From Eledone cirrhosa (taxonomy: Eukaryota): a stretch of DNA of 64,000 nucleotides. The notes under the pieces are model-generated. The model saw only the letters and a list, made by a program, of their open reading frames with translations, had not been told where the DNA came from and made no database searches. The stretch lies in assembly GCA_964016885.1 (NCBI GenBank), contig OZ024740.1, positions 312,852,001 to 312,916,000 of the forward strand. The letters run 5' to 3'. This document shows positions 1-14,800 of the stretch, one piece after another. Each line of letters begins with the position of its first letter. Within the stretch, counting starts at the first letter, position 1. Both the position numbers and the translations under genes were made by a program.

Positions 1-81
1 GAAGCTGGGTTACTATAAGGATTCTCAAGAGCGAGGCCTCCAGTCAGTAGAAACCTCCATTCTAAGTCATCTATAAGGCCC
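1..81 (-). CDS. DNAH3: Dynein HC exon 26 (3' truncated)
   Basis: [26 protein letters not shown]; acceptor CAG at 82-84. Confidence 0.92.
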
Positions 82-148
82 CTGTAGAAGCATGAAAACA
101 GATAAATTGGAATACAACCAGTGGTTTACAAGAACATAAGCAGGAAAT

Positions 149-203
<55 letters not shown>

Positions 204-2849
204 CAAGAAAAAAGATATAGAAGAAAAATCAACCAGTAATGGATTGGTACTTTCTTTTATTGACCTTGAAAGGATAAAAGGTCAAGTTGACTTCACCAGA
301 TTTGAACTGAGAGAGCACAAATAATCAGAATGAATACCTAAAAACATTTTATCTGACATTCTAATGACTGCCAATTTGCCAAACCAAATCAATATAACTA
401 AAGAAATATTCACTCTGATTTACAATGTAGCAACGTTAATACTCCCTCCACACCCCAAATATACTTACTGAGCTTTTGTTAGTCCAATACAAAGTTGATC
501 TCAGTAGGATTTGAACTCAGAGAGCAGAGAACCAAAATGAACACTACAAGGCATTCTAATCCAACGTTCTAATTCTTAGCAATGTTAATACTCCTATCAC
601 TCCTCAAATATACTTACTGTGCTTTTGTTAGTCCAATACAAAGTAGAAATGTGAAGAGCAGCTTATCTTTTTCAAACAGGGATCGACACACATTGTTATG
701 GACACTGTGAGTGAAATAATCGTTGAGGTAGTTTATCCTTTCAGTCAGGATCTGGGAGGGTTCACTGTTGGCAATTGCCTGCATAATAACATTGGGAAAA
801 AATAGAGATTATGTTAGTTCATTTATTTATTTATTTATCTATTTATTTATTAAAGGTTCAATATTCTATTGTTGATATAACTATAAATTAGTTAAACATA
901 GAGTAAAAGAAAGCAGTATTGGAAAGGACTATAAATGCTATAAATGAGAGAAAAAAGAGGGTAAGAGCAAGGACTACTAGACATAGGAAGAAAGAAAGGG
1001 TGACAGACTCTACACCTAGGTCAGAGTTTTGGCTGTGCCCCGTGGACAAAATAGCAAAGGCATTTCTGCGGATAATGCCAGCAATACCTGCTGCAACAGC
1101 CACCCTACCTTGCAGGGCTCCTTCCTAAGATGAGCTGCTATCAATCCGATTTTATAGAGGAGGTCAGTGGTATAGGCTTCGAGGATGCCTGAGATCTCAA
1201 TTGCAACTGATGCAAAGAGGAAGCGGCAGGACAAGCCCCAGTATTTGCTTGTCTTCCTGTCTTCTGCATTGTGGGCCACGGTATCAGGGTTTTGTGGCAG
1301 AAGTGACTAAATTGGAGGCATAGAATGTGTCACAGCACGACTTATTTGTTTGTTCGTTTACTTATTTATTTATTTATTACTTTTTTGTTGAGTCACTGTT
1401 CAACTGTAAAGATTAAGTTTAACCTGCTTGTGAATTACTGAAACATGATCAACATCAATAACATACAATACCAATAATATACGAGGGGTTCCTCTGAAGT
1501 GTAGTATGTATTAAATAATCAAAATACTTAGCTAGTAAACTTGGCTACTCTCTAGTTTCAAACATTGTTGCTGTCTTAGTTTTTATCTTTTCCTTTTCCC
1601 TTTTTTGGTGTGTGTATAAGGGAAGGGCTTAAAGTTATATTTTCTTGAATGTTTCTCATTAAGAAATTAATGAATGCTTCAGCATTCAGAATAAAGAAGG
1701 TAGGCATAAAATCTAAACTCGCTATCTTCAATTCAGTATTCGTGCCAACCCTTACCTATGGTCATGAATCTTGGGTACTGACCAAAAGAATACAATTGCG
1801 AATACAAGCGACTGAAATGGGGTTCCTCTGAAGGGTCTTTGGAGTAACGTAGCTCGGAGTAGCGTAGCTCAGAGATCAGAGAGTCACTCCAGGTAGAGCC
1901 ACTACTTCTCTGAATTGAGAGATCACAGCTCCGATACTATGGGCATGTGGTTAGAATGTCTCAGGAAAGCATTGCTGGACAGATTTTACAGGCAGGAGAC
2001 CCGGGGGTAGACCCCAAGCAAGATGGTTGGATAACATCCATGAGCTTGGCTGGTCTCACTTGGGGATCCAGCCAGATCAGTTGGAGACGGTTGTTTCTGA
2101 CAGGACCCGCTGGAAGGAGTGTTTGAGGACTCTGCCCCCATGACCCTCTCAGGTAGAAGAAGAGGAAGAAAGAAGGTGAAGAAAAAGAAGAAGATGGAGA
2201 AGAAAAGAAAGAAGAAGAACAAGTGATAACAGAACAGACACAGGCTGATGAATTGTTAGTAGCAGATAACAACAATTAATAGAAGTTTGTACAAATGTAA
2301 AATACTAACTTGATGATATAAGTGGATGAACCAGGTAAGAGAATGTTGGTACATTGGGTCTATATTGGCAAGGTCTGATACGGTGAAGAACAAAATGCTT
2401 CCATGCCTGGCCACCTGGGTGCAGATAGAGAGAAAAAGAGAGAGTGTGTGTGTGAGAGAGAGAGAAATAAATATATATATATCAGGGGGCACATGGCTTA
2501 GTGGTTAGAGCATTGGCCTTACAATCGAAAGGTTGTGAGTTCAATTCTCAGACCGGGTGATGTGTTGTTTCCTTGAGCAAGACACTTTATTTCACATTGG
2601 TCCAGTTTACTCAGCTGTAGAAATGAGATGATAGGTCCATATCATTCCACTGCAAAGTGGTCGTGCAGGTGCCACGGCAAAAAAGCACCCAGCACTCACT
2701 GTAAATGAGGTTGGTGTTAGGAAGGGCATCCAGCTGTAGAAATCAAGCCAGAATCAGTTCCCATCCCACCCTTGCAAGCAGGGAAAAAGCAGACGTAAAA
2801 TGAAATCATGATGAAATGATGATATCATCTTGATCACCGTTTTACATAT

Positions 2850-2880
<31 letters not shown>

Positions 2881-5800
2881 ATGTAAAAGGAAAACAGAAA
2901 TAACAAAAACGGCACAGTATATGGAAGGAATATATTAGTTTAACACTTGAAATAACAGCAAGAGGGTCTTAACGTTTTGCATACTACTCCTTCACCAGAA
3001 GAAAGAATGAGAAATTAAAGAAGAAATAGAAAGATTGAGGGGATGGGCAGGGTGGAATATGAAAAATTTTTTTGGAGAAAAATAATATAATACAAGTAGA
3101 AAAAAACAAAAAATAGACAGCAACTGAAGTAGTTTAGCACTTTACCAAACCCTTAGAACCAAAACCCTTTTGATAGCAGCCTACCACAAAACCATCACAA
3201 TTTTATGATGACAAACCTCTTGTTTTAAACTATTCATATTTAAATATAAAATAATATTATGGAGGAATATCTTTGTTAAGCTATGTACAAAACACCAGTT
3301 TAATTATGTGGTTAGTTATTTTACAAAATCCCTTCAAGTTGTTTATTTACAAAATTAATTGAAAAACAGAGGTGGTGTATTTCATTAGAAATATGGTCAT
3401 GAAAGGGTTAATAGTAAGGAAGATCATGCCATGAGTCCAAATTTGCCACCCAAGACCTTGTCTAGGACCCCACATCTAAACCAGCTGGCTTTGATCTTCT
3501 AGAAAGTAATGGGTGTCCCTTAATCAGATCCACACAACACATGCCTGGATAGCCCATCATCTCCATTGGTGGAAAATGGAAGACAGCCCAGCATGTGACT
3601 GTGGGGAGCCTGACTAGACAATGCTGCATGTTGTTCGGGATTGCTCCTTCAGATATTTTCCAGCAGCCTGGAGTCAATCCATAATACTACAAATGATGCT
3701 GTAGTCTGACTCACCAATCTCAATATGTCTCTTTAACCATTGTGCATATGTCATACGACAAGACTACTACTACTTCTACTACATCTGATACCACCACTAC
3801 TACTGCAGTGTTGCATGTTTGGGATTGCCCCCTCAGACGTTTTCCCCGGCAGCCTGAAGTCCATCCATAATACTATAAAAGATGCTGTAGCATGGCTCAC
3901 CAATCTCTATCTGTCTCTCTATCCATTGTGCATATGTCATACAAGAAGTTAGGAAAGTTGGAAATAAAAGAAGACATAATAATTGTTTCTACTTTTGGCA
4001 CAAGGCCAGCAATTACCCAGTACATTACTGGTACTTTATTTTATCGACTCCGTAAGGATGAAAGGTAAAGTTGACCTCGGCGGGATTTGAACTCAGAATG
4101 GAAAGGGCCGTAATTCTATGCGTCAAAGCATGACGGCCGACCCTCTACCGATACTGTCAATCCACTGCCCTAAAAGAAGAAATAATAATAATAATAATGG
4201 TTTCTTATATAGGCACAAGGCCAGTAATTTGGGGGGAGGGGAAAGTCGATTAAATCGACCCCAGTGCGTGACTGGTACTTTATTTTATCAATCCCATAAG
4301 GATGAAAGGCAAAGTTAACCTCGGCGGGATTTGAGCTCAGATCATAAAGAGCCGTAACTCTATGCTGCAAAGCATGGCGTCCGACCCTCTACCGATACTG
4401 CCAATCCACCGCCCCAAAAGAAGAAATAATAATAATAATAATAAAGAGATATTTATACCGGTTTGTATCCATTCCTGACTTCATCTATGTCAAGTTCTGT
4501 AAGTGATGCTGCCAACTGTTTCACTTCTAGATCCTCAGAAAGAGTTTTACTTGATGACAGGACCTGAATGGCTGTTTCATCTTCAAGAATGTTTCCCTAG
4601 TACAAAGAGATAAAACATACTCACATAAAAAATGGTTCAGCTGCATTGATTGTTCCCTAATTTCAGTAGGTTTCATAAAATGTTTTTTGATGTTTTTTAA
4701 ACATATAGAGGAGGACAATTTGTTAGTTAAGAGGACTGACATCTCTTATTTGCAATGTCAAGTAAGAGACATAATATTACAAGACATAAATACATTTACA
4801 CAATCAAATCCCAAAATAAATATTAACAATAAGGGTTTCTGATTTAGGCACAAGGCCAACAATATTTGGAGGATGGGAAAGTCGATTAAATCAACCCCTG
4901 TATGCTGCTGGTACTTTATTTTATCGACCCTGTAAGAATAAAAGTGCTAATGCTAATAATAATAAGGATTTCTTATTTAGGCACAAGATCAGGTCAGTTG
5001 TAAATTATTTAGCAGTGGGGGGTTACATAATTCAATTTATTTTCAACCTTAATTCTTATTTATGCTTATTGGCCCCAGAAGGATGAAAGACAAAGTTAAC
5101 CTCAGAACATAGAAAATGGTGACTGAATACTGCAAAGCAGTCAAATATTACTCAAACTTCACCCCATCCTATTAAAAATAGATGAATATACTGAATAACT
5201 CAGAGCTGGATACAATGTCAGAAGAGAAGATATGATGGTGATGACTGGAGTACTGGTTGAACAATAAAGTTATGTCTAAGATAGCTATAACAAGTATAAC
5301 AGGTGGTAATGATAATTGAATAAAAACAATTGAATAGAATTATAAAAATATGTATATATCTGTGACATATGTACATGAGGGTCAGCTGAAAAGTTCATAG
5401 GCTAACTATGAAGGAGTGATGTGAAATCTTGCATGCAATAATTTCAACTATTCTTATTAATAGTTTCTTTCCAGGGACTATGTTGAAAAATAAACCTCAG
5501 TTGGTCATTCCATAAGAGTATCTTGGTCAGCCTATGAACTTTTTAGCTAACCCTCGTATATTATAGTGATGTTAGAGCTGTAAAATCTTGCATGCATTAT
5601 TTCAAAAAACCTTATTTGGTCATTCCATGAGAACATCTTGGTCAATCTATGAACTTTTCAGCTGACCCTCATATATTGTAGTGATGCTAGGGCTGTGAAA
5701 TCTTGCATGCATTAATTTCACCTCTTCTTATTAATAACTACATTGTTTCCCTCTAGGGACTATGTTGAAAAATAAACCTCATTTGGTCATTCTATGAGAA

Positions 5801-8800
5801 TATTTTGGTCAGTCTATGAACTTTTTGGCCTACCCTTGTACTCACCTATGTGTAGATATTAGATGGTTAAGCAATGAGAAATAAGTATTATCTGATGTCA
5901 TACCTGTGAATTAGAGAGGACATCCAAGATTTTGTCTTCAATCTCTTTCAGTTGTCTTTTATTATGAGCACTTTCACTAATCAATTGATTCTTTTTCTCC
6001 TCCAAATGAGGTTTTTCACGAGCAGCCACAATTCCAAGCAATTGGTCTTCAAGTCCATTTGGTGTAATAACAAAATTGATCAGGGTTACCTGTTAAAATT
6101 TGATATATATATAACATATTCTACAGTCTTTACTTGGTAAAATAGTTGATTTAGAAAGTTAACCCATTAGCATTTAAACTGTCCATATCCGGCCAGAATT
6201 CTCTCACATCTTTCTGTTCAAACTGGCCATAACCAGCTACTCATACTTATGTTAAGGCATTGTTCCCAAAATAAATAACCTCAAATCTTATAGATTCGAT
6301 ATTATGTGAGACAATTATGTGAGGTAAAGCCTGTACCACAAAATTGCAATAGAATAATGTAAATGCTAATGGGTTAAACAACAAAGGCTGTTGAACAGTG
6401 AGGGCACTACTACTACCACCACCACTGCTGCCGCTACTACTACTACCACCACCACTACTATTACCACTACCACCACTACTATGTAACTATATGCCACAAA
6501 GCATGTTGTCCGATGCTTTACCAATGCTGCCAATCCACCACCCTCCAAATAATAATAATAATAATAATAATAATAATTGTTTCTACTTTAGGCACAAGGC
6601 CAGAAATTACCCAGTACATTACTGGTACTATAATAATGCTTTCTAATTTAGGCACGAGGCCAACAATTTTGGGTAAGAGGAAAGTCAATTAAATCAACAC
6701 CAGCGTGTTAGTCGTACTTTATTTCATTGACCCCATAAGGATGAAAGGCAAAGCAAATCTTTGCGGGATTTGAACTCTATGCTGCAAATCACTACTGCAC
6801 CACCATAATAATAAGTTCACATGAAAAAGGCTAAGTTGTGAAGGCATGTGGCTTTGCAATCATAAGGTTGCGAGTTCAATTCCTTGAGCAACACACTTTA
6901 TCTCACATGGATCCTTCTGCCTGGAGTTGTGACTGGTAGATAGTATCAACAATGGAAAGACCAATGGAAACATTGCTTCCTTGGTCTGATTTGATAAGGT
7001 ACGCTCCACTCGGTAAGGGAGTGAGGTCTGGGATTTTGTTGATTGACTTTGTTCCTGTGTTTAAACAAAAGCTGTGTATCAATAATATATATTATAATGT
7101 GATTACCTTGAGAGAAACCTCTGGCAAGTAATGTGGATTTCGTAAGCAAGTGGTTAGGTAAAGTCTGAAGTCTTTACTATACTCCACAACACGGTCTCGG
7201 AACCTTACATAATCAAGTCCTCCCTGCCAAAATATAAGAAATGTGCATGTACATAGAGTACTTAATATAGAATAGAATTAGAATTTAACATCCTGATGAG
7301 TACCAGTTGAGTTCGAAATGCATCAATGATTGTCCCCCTTGCTTCTGCCGAGCACTGCATGGTGGCGTTAGCTGCCAGTGTCATTAATAGCTATAGCTTT
7401 CTAAATGTTTAATTATAAACATACCATATTTCTTTAGAAAAACGAAATTCAAATACATATTTGTATACAGCTATGTTCGAAGCTAAATTCTAATTCTCGT
7501 CTATATTAAGTTGAGCCAACTGTATAAATTGGCTCAACTTAATATAGAATGGAATTAAGCTTCGAACAGAGCTGTAGCGAAGCGACACTTGTGTTGTGAT
7601 AGCTCTGATGTCACAAACGGACGTCATAAAAATAACACAGACACTCCGGAAAAAGAAATGCAGAGTGACAATACGCATTTTTCTTGGAGCTGATTGTACA
7701 AACACGCACCTGCCATTCGTATTCTTCTGAATATTTTTGCAAGTCATAAATACGCAAATACACGTCATCTGAAGTGGTGACTCCGACGTGATACACTTCG
7801 TCTAGAGTGGTTGACCCCGATTATGCATTACAGCCTTCTAAAAAAAACTTCTAAAAACTTCTAAAAACTTCATAGAAAAAAAAATTGACGAAACTAATAT
7901 TTTATTTCTTGCAACTATGCGAAAATAACGAAATTGAAAATTGTTCGTTTAACACAAAAAAAAAAATTCACAATGGCTGACTGGTCCGCCAATTGTCTTT
8001 CTTCTCCGAAATACAGCCATCTGATTGGCCGAGACGCATCATGTGATGCCATCTCCTTCTCCAATTAAAAAAAAAAAAAAACATTTAATTTTTCTGCCTT
8101 GAATTATTGTGACTTGTCAATTCCGGATTTTGCATTTCTTCTGTCTTCATGGATGTTGAAGGAAATTTGTGTTGTTTTCCCGTTGTTCTGAACATCTAAC
8201 ACGCGTTGCATTTCTTTACTTGGATATCATTTCGTATTTTTTATGTGGAACTGATACATGCTAATCATGAGTAGTCCTAATTTACCTGCTTTCTCTGGTG
8301 AGCCCAAGCTCTGATTTGCGCAACTGGATGCATATTTTGCTGCAAATGGAATTAAAACAGAGCAGAAACTCAATATTTTGATTAGTGGCATACCTTCGTC
8401 GCTCGCCATCACGGTGAAAGATTTAATAACGGACCCGCCAACCAGTACTTCGTATGATTCGTTGAGGACGAAAATATTAAGAAGGAACTGCCATTCTGCT
8501 GAAAGCAGGTTTCGTGCATTATTGGAGGATGAGTGTTTAGGCGACAAGTCGCCGTCCAAATTTTTACGCCACATTCGGGACCTCAGTGAATCGCCCAATG
8601 AGGATAGTTCATTTATCAAAAAGCTTTTTTTACTCGCCTGCCAAACAATGTACAGATTATATTGGCTACCATAGTGGACTTGAGCTCGGTGGAGCAGATC
8701 GCTGCGTCTGCCGATTGAATTGTGGAATTCTCTAGGAAAGCTACCTCGTTGGACTCGCTTGTTGCCTCTTCGACTTTTCCGAACCAACACGAGGATGCCA

Positions 8801-11800
8801 TGTTGAAGGCGATTGACACGTCAAGTCGCGAAATTATGTAGGGAGAGTAGGCCATCTCCCAGGCGGCCAAGAAGTCGTTCGCGTTCCTTCGCGACTTCAC
8901 GCCGTAATGGCAGCTTGCCCGCCAGCAATTTGTCTTTTTGCTGGTATCATGCCACCTTCGCTGAATAAGCAAAACACTGCCGGCCACCGTGTAACTATTC
9001 AACTTCGGGAAACGCAGACCAGAGTCAATGAAGGCGGCAACTGATCTCTGTGCTACACACCCAAACCGCCACTTCTTTATTGAGGATCTCTTGTCCGGAA
9101 GATCTTTCCTCGTAGATACAGGAGCCTCCTGCAGCATTTGGCCAGTGAACTGTGTTAAAGAAACTCCTCCTGAGTCATCAATGAATCTACAAACTGTCAA
9201 TTATTCGTCGATACGGACTTTTGGACAAATCTTGCTTCCTCTGCAATTCAGAAATCTTTGACGAGAATTCAAATGGATTTTTACGGTTGCTGACCTACCA
9301 TATCCGATCTTGGGAGCGGATTTTCTACACTATTTTGCATTAACGGTGGACGTCCGTGGCTGGTTTTTCTCTTCATGGCCAGAAAGCTAATTTTCCAACG
9401 GTTAGCCCGACCTTTTTCATCGCTAATGCTGGGAATCCCTATCATGCATTGTTGAATTCTTTCCCACAGCTTACTCAGGGAAATTTTCGAGTTGTCGAAC
9501 TGACTCACACAACGGAGCATTTTATCTCTACAACTGGCGCCCCAGTGTTCTCACGTCCTTGTCGCTTGCCTGCAGACAAATTGAAGGCAGCACGGTCCGC
9601 GTTCGACCACATGCTGCAGCTTGGCATAATTCACCCTTCTACGAGCCCTTGGGCTTCTCTGTTGCACATGGTACCCAAGACTTCTGGCGACTGGAGACCC
9701 ACTGGGGATTATAGGAAGTTAAATGCTATAACTGTCCCGGATAGATATCCTATTACACACCTGCAAGATTTTGCATCGTCGTTGCAGGGATGTAAAATGT
9801 TCTCGAAGCTCGATTTGGTGTGAGCCTATCATCAGATTCCTGTCAAGAAAGAAGATTTCCGAAAACGACCATTACGACTCCATTTGGATCATTCGAATTT
9901 CTTACCATTCCTTTCAGACTTAGGAATGCTGCTAGCACCTTTCAACGGTTCATGGATGAGGTCACTCGTGGTTTAGACTTTGTCTACACTTATATTGATG
10001 ATCTGCTTATTGCTAGTTCCTCCAGAGAAGAACACATACGTCATTTGAATCTTTTGTTTTGTCGACTCAAGGATTACAGTGTTCAAATAAATCCCACAAA
10101 ATGTGTTTTCGGTGCGGAATCACTGAATTTTTTAGGTCATGTCATTGACTCCGAGGGTATTCGACCCCTCCCTCAATGAGTTCAGGCTATAGAGGATTTG
10201 CCTCCGCCGACCCCACTTTGTCAGTTACGACAATTCCTAGGACTGATAAATTTCTATAGACGTTTTGTTCTACATTGTGCTAATCTACTCTTCTCTCTTA
10301 CTGAGATTCTGAAAAATTGCCGCAAGAAGAACAAGGAAATCTCTTTGACTCAGACTCAGCTCGAGGATTTTCAAAAAGCCAAATCAGCATTAGCTAGTGC
10401 ATCTTTGCTGGCCCACCCAGTGACCAATGCCAAGCTTTCGCTTTGTGTTGATGCGTCGGATACTGCAGTGGGTGCAGTCTTACAACAGAGTAGTGATGAT
10501 CACCAACAACCATTGGAATTTTTCTCCAGAAGGTTGAAGCCTGCAGAAACTCGCTACAGCATCTTTGGCCGGGAGCTGTTAGCCATCTACCTTTCCGTGA
10601 AACATTTTTCACATATGCTCGAAGGAAGGTGTTTTACAATCTATACTGACCATAAACCTTTGACCTTCGCTTTAAGGGCAAAGCCCAACAAGTACTCGCC
10701 CAGAGAAATAAGGCATCTCGACTTTATCTCGCAATTCACAAACGACATCCAACACATTCCAGGCTCATTGAACACAGCGGCTGACGCCCTGTCTCGATTG
10801 CCGATCAGTTCGATTGCGTCATCCCACGACATCAATTTAAATCACTTGGCAGCAGACCAACCTGCACTGGAATCGTTGGATATTACATCAGCCGAATTTG
10901 CGACGAGTAATTTGAAATACCTGCCATTGCCCACCGCAGGTGAACAGATTCTTTGCGACATTTCCGTGGATTCACCGAGACCATTTGTCCCGCTAAACCA
11001 TCGTCGTACTGTGTTTCTTGCTTTACACAGCATTTCCCACCCAGGATCTTTTACCACAGTAAAGCTCAGATTCTTCTGGCCAAATATGAGGCGTGATATT
11101 ACTGCTTGGTGCCGTTCCTGCATCGCTTGCCAGAAATCGAAAATCCATAAACACGTTAAGGCTCTGCTCGGTACTTTCAGTACACCGGACGCCCATTTCC
11201 GGCACATTCATGTGGACATCGTGGGACCTTGGCCACTCAGTGGTGGTCATACTTATCTATTGACTGTTATTGATTGTTTTTCGCGATGGCCTGAAGCCAT
11301 CCCCTTGAAAGACATCAGTGCTGAAACGACAGCGCGTGTCCTAGTATCAGGATGGATTGCCCGCTTTGGAGTGCCTACCACGATTACAACGGACCGTGGA
11401 AGACAGTTCAAATCGAATCTCTTCTCCGAATTGACGAAGATCATTGGCGCTAAACACATTCGAACAACTTCATATCATCCTGCCTCTAATGGAATGGTGG
11501 AGCGCTTCCACCGACAACTAAAAGCCGCTCTACGGACTTCTCCTGACTCTACGCGTTGGAGCGAGTACCTCCCTATTGTGTTGTTGGGGATTCGGTCAAC
11601 AATAAAGGAGGACCTTGAGTTCTCCTATGCCGAATTGTTATATGGTGCTCCTCTAGTGTTACCTGGGCAAATGCTTGCCCCTGTCGATCTTGCTGCCCAA
11701 GATCCGCTTTCCTACGTATCCCGTCTGCGTTCTTATTTTCAGGACCTGCCGCCGATAGATACGAGGAAACAAACTGTAAAATCTGCAGTCCCGAGGGTTA

Positions 11801-14800
11801 TTGCCTCGTGGACCCATGTGTTCGTAAGAAACGATGCCGTGAGACCACCTCTCACACAACCGTACTCTGGACCCTACCGTGTATTAGTTCATTCTGATAA
11901 ACATTTCACTGTAGACATTAAGGGATTCAGAGAGACCATTGCGGTTGATAGACTTAAATGGGCTCACACAGATGCTGAGCCACATACACCCCCGTCTTTC
12001 TCTTTTGCACACACACACCTGTTTCTTTGCCCCCCCCCCCCCCATCACCAAGATACAAGACCACGACCGGTTCCGGTCGAAGAGTCCACTGGCCCAAGGA
12101 ACTCTTCCAAACTTTTATTATATGAACTGGTCACTGGAGCCTTTTTGGAAACAAACTGTGTCAAACTGTGTACATTTAAGCTGCCCTTGCAGCCCTTTGC
12201 TTTTGTCTTTCTTACGATTTGTTGCATTTTATTGATTGTTTTGCATGTTTCTGTTGTTACATTTTTATGTGCCTTGCCTTTTGTTTGCTGCTTGTGCAAA
12301 CATTTCTTTTGTTTATTACCTATCTTTGCCTTGCTTCTCACTACATATGTTTACTTCTTCATCGATTGGTCATCTGGAGGAGGGCTATATGTAGCGAAGC
12401 GACACCTGTGGTTTGATAACTCTGACGTCACAAACGGACGTCATAAAAATAACACAGACACTCTGGCAAAAGAAATGCAGAGCGACAACACGCATTTTTC
12501 TTGGAGCTGATTGTACAAACACGCACCAGCCATTCGTATTCTTCTGAATATTTTTGCAAGTCATAAATACACAAATACACGTCGTCTAAAGAGCTATATA
12601 CAAATATGTATTGGAATTTTGTATTTCTAAAGAAATACGGTATGTTTATATATAAGTATATATGTATATATATGTATGTATATATGTCTAAACCCATGCT
12701 AGCATGGAAGATAGATGTTAAACGATGATGATGATGATGATGTATATATATGTATGTATATATGTGTGTGTGTGTGTGTACACACATATGCACACAAACA
12801 CACATACATATATGATGGGGTTTTTTCAGACATGAGTGGAAAGTCTTTATATCATCATCATCATTGTTGTTTTTACATCCGTTTTTCCAGGCTTGCACGG
12901 GTTGGACGGGTCTTTCTCAGCACAGTATATCTACACACACCACCTTTCTTCGTCATTTCCTCTGTCAGTCTCAGTGATTTGAAGTCAGCTCTAACCACCT
13001 CTGCCCAGGTCTTCCTTGGTCTTCCTCTACTGCAACTTCCTTCCGTTGGAATTCCTGGCACATCTTCACCCATTGGTCATCATGCATATGAATCATATGT
13101 CTGTCCAACTCAGTCTTCTCTCCTGCACACTGCCCCAGATTCCTCTTAAACCCAGCTTCTCCCTCAGTTCATCCAAGCTCTGCCTTTCTCTCATACTTAC
13201 ATTGCACATCTAACGATGCTTGGCTGCTTCATTTCTCTCCAGACTACACATTTCTTCTGCACTCACTGCCCATGTTTCACTACCATGCAGCATCACACAA
13301 AAGATGCCCAGTCCACACTGTAAAGTGGTCATGTAGATGTCACAACAAAAAGCACCCAGTACACACTGTAAATGTGGTTGGAATTAGGAAGGGTATCCAG
13401 CTATAGAAACCAAGCCAAAATCAATTCTGTATGAGAAAGACATGATTATCTGGCCTGGCTTGTCTCAATGGGATAACTCGTCTAACCCATGCTGGCATGG
13501 AAAAATGGATGTTAAACGGTGATGATGATGATGATATACACACATACACATCATTATACACACACACATACAAATATATATATATATATATATATATACA
13601 TAAACATGTTTTGACGAACAACCTCTAGTAGTTGGTGATAAGAAGGGAAGTCAGCCAGAAAACATCTGCCAAAAACATCCATTATTAGTACAACACATAG
13701 TATTAACAATAAGAGGAATAGAGGTTGTGTCAGAGAGAAGACCGTAATGATTTGGATGTGTGATGTATATAGATGAGGAATGCTGGGTAAAGAAGTGCCA
13801 ATGATGCCAGTGGAAGGAAGCTGCAGTTGAGGAAGACTGAAAAAAACTTAGATGTGGTTAGAGCTGACCTCAAGACACTGAACCTCAGGGAGATGATGAA
13901 GAAATGCTGTAAGTGGAAGGTGTCTGTGCTGAAAAAGACAAATCTAACCCATAGAACCAGGGCGAAGTGGATGTAAAATGATGATGACAATGATGATGAT
14001 ATCAGGTGAATGATTAAGAGAAGATGTAGAACAATATTATTGTATGTAGCATCATTAAACCAGTCTGCTAGAATTTAGTTGTTATATTATTAAAGTAGAA
14101 GAACTTACCTGCTTAAAAGTCTGCTTCAGAAGAATTGGTTCTAAAAGTGGATCAAGCTCTTCCCCAACATTCTCCAATAGACATGGATAACCAAACTAAA
14201 ACAGAGAAAAATAGTTTTATTAGAATAGTTAAACATTTTTATTGTTAAACAAGGGATTTCTTCCTGCATACAAAAGGTTGACTGTATGATGCCTGTGTGC
14301 AAAGTGCGATGCTGCATGGTAGTGAAACATGGACAGTGATTGCAGAAGACTGGCATAGGCTGGAGAGAAATGAAGCAGCCATGCTTCATTGGATGTGCAA
14401 TGTAAGTGTGAGAGAAAGGCAGAGCTTGGATGAACTCGGGGAGGAAGCAGGTTTAAGAGGAATCCAAAGTGCAGTGCAGTACAGGAGCGAAGACTGTGTG
14501 GGTATGGACATGATGCACATCGATGATGATCGCTGGGTGAAGAAATACCAAAAAATCTCAGTGAAAGGAAGCTGTAGTAGAGGTAGACCAAGAAAGACCT
14601 GGGCAAAGTGGTGAGAGCTGACCTCATATCACTGAGACTCACAGAGTAGGTGATGAAGGAACAAGTGGAAAGATGCCATGCTGTGAATGCCTCATTTAAC
14701 CCATGCAAGAATGGAAAAATGGACATAAAAACAATGATGATGATAATGGTCATGTTGCCAAAAAGTATTATTAGGTTACTTTTAAAAGATTGCGGAAAAA

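Larger units (their letters stand above)
7573..12590 (+). mobile_element. Full-length decayed Ty3/Gypsy LTR retrotransposon, antisense in dynein intron 20
   Basis: Two 201-bp LTRs, 4-bp TSD GAGC (7569-7572 and 12591-12594), primer-binding site (PBS), polypurine tract, gag-PR-RT-RH-IN order; several stops and frameshifts. Confidence 0.97.
7414..12650. mobile_element. Palindromic foldback/MITE-like element split by the Gypsy insertion (pieces 7414-7572 and 12591-12650)
   Basis: 12592-12650 is the reverse complement of 7414-7472; perfect 20-bp central stem 7500-7519/7529-7548. Confidence 0.8.

Noticed and set aside
2486-2560. tRNA gene
   Set aside because: A and B boxes continue into a SINE body and tail; it is a SINE head.
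3622-3948. ~140-bp diverged direct duplication
   Set aside because: Looks like two copies of an ordinary retroelement 3' end separated by a (CTA)n tail; no further structure.
11990-12510. Hydrophobic C-terminal extension of the 770-aa pol ORF as an env-like gene
   Set aside because: The natural integrase end ([13 protein letters not shown]...TGA 12125) is in another frame. The extension is read-through of the T-rich 3' UTR and LTR after a frameshift near the poly-C run.
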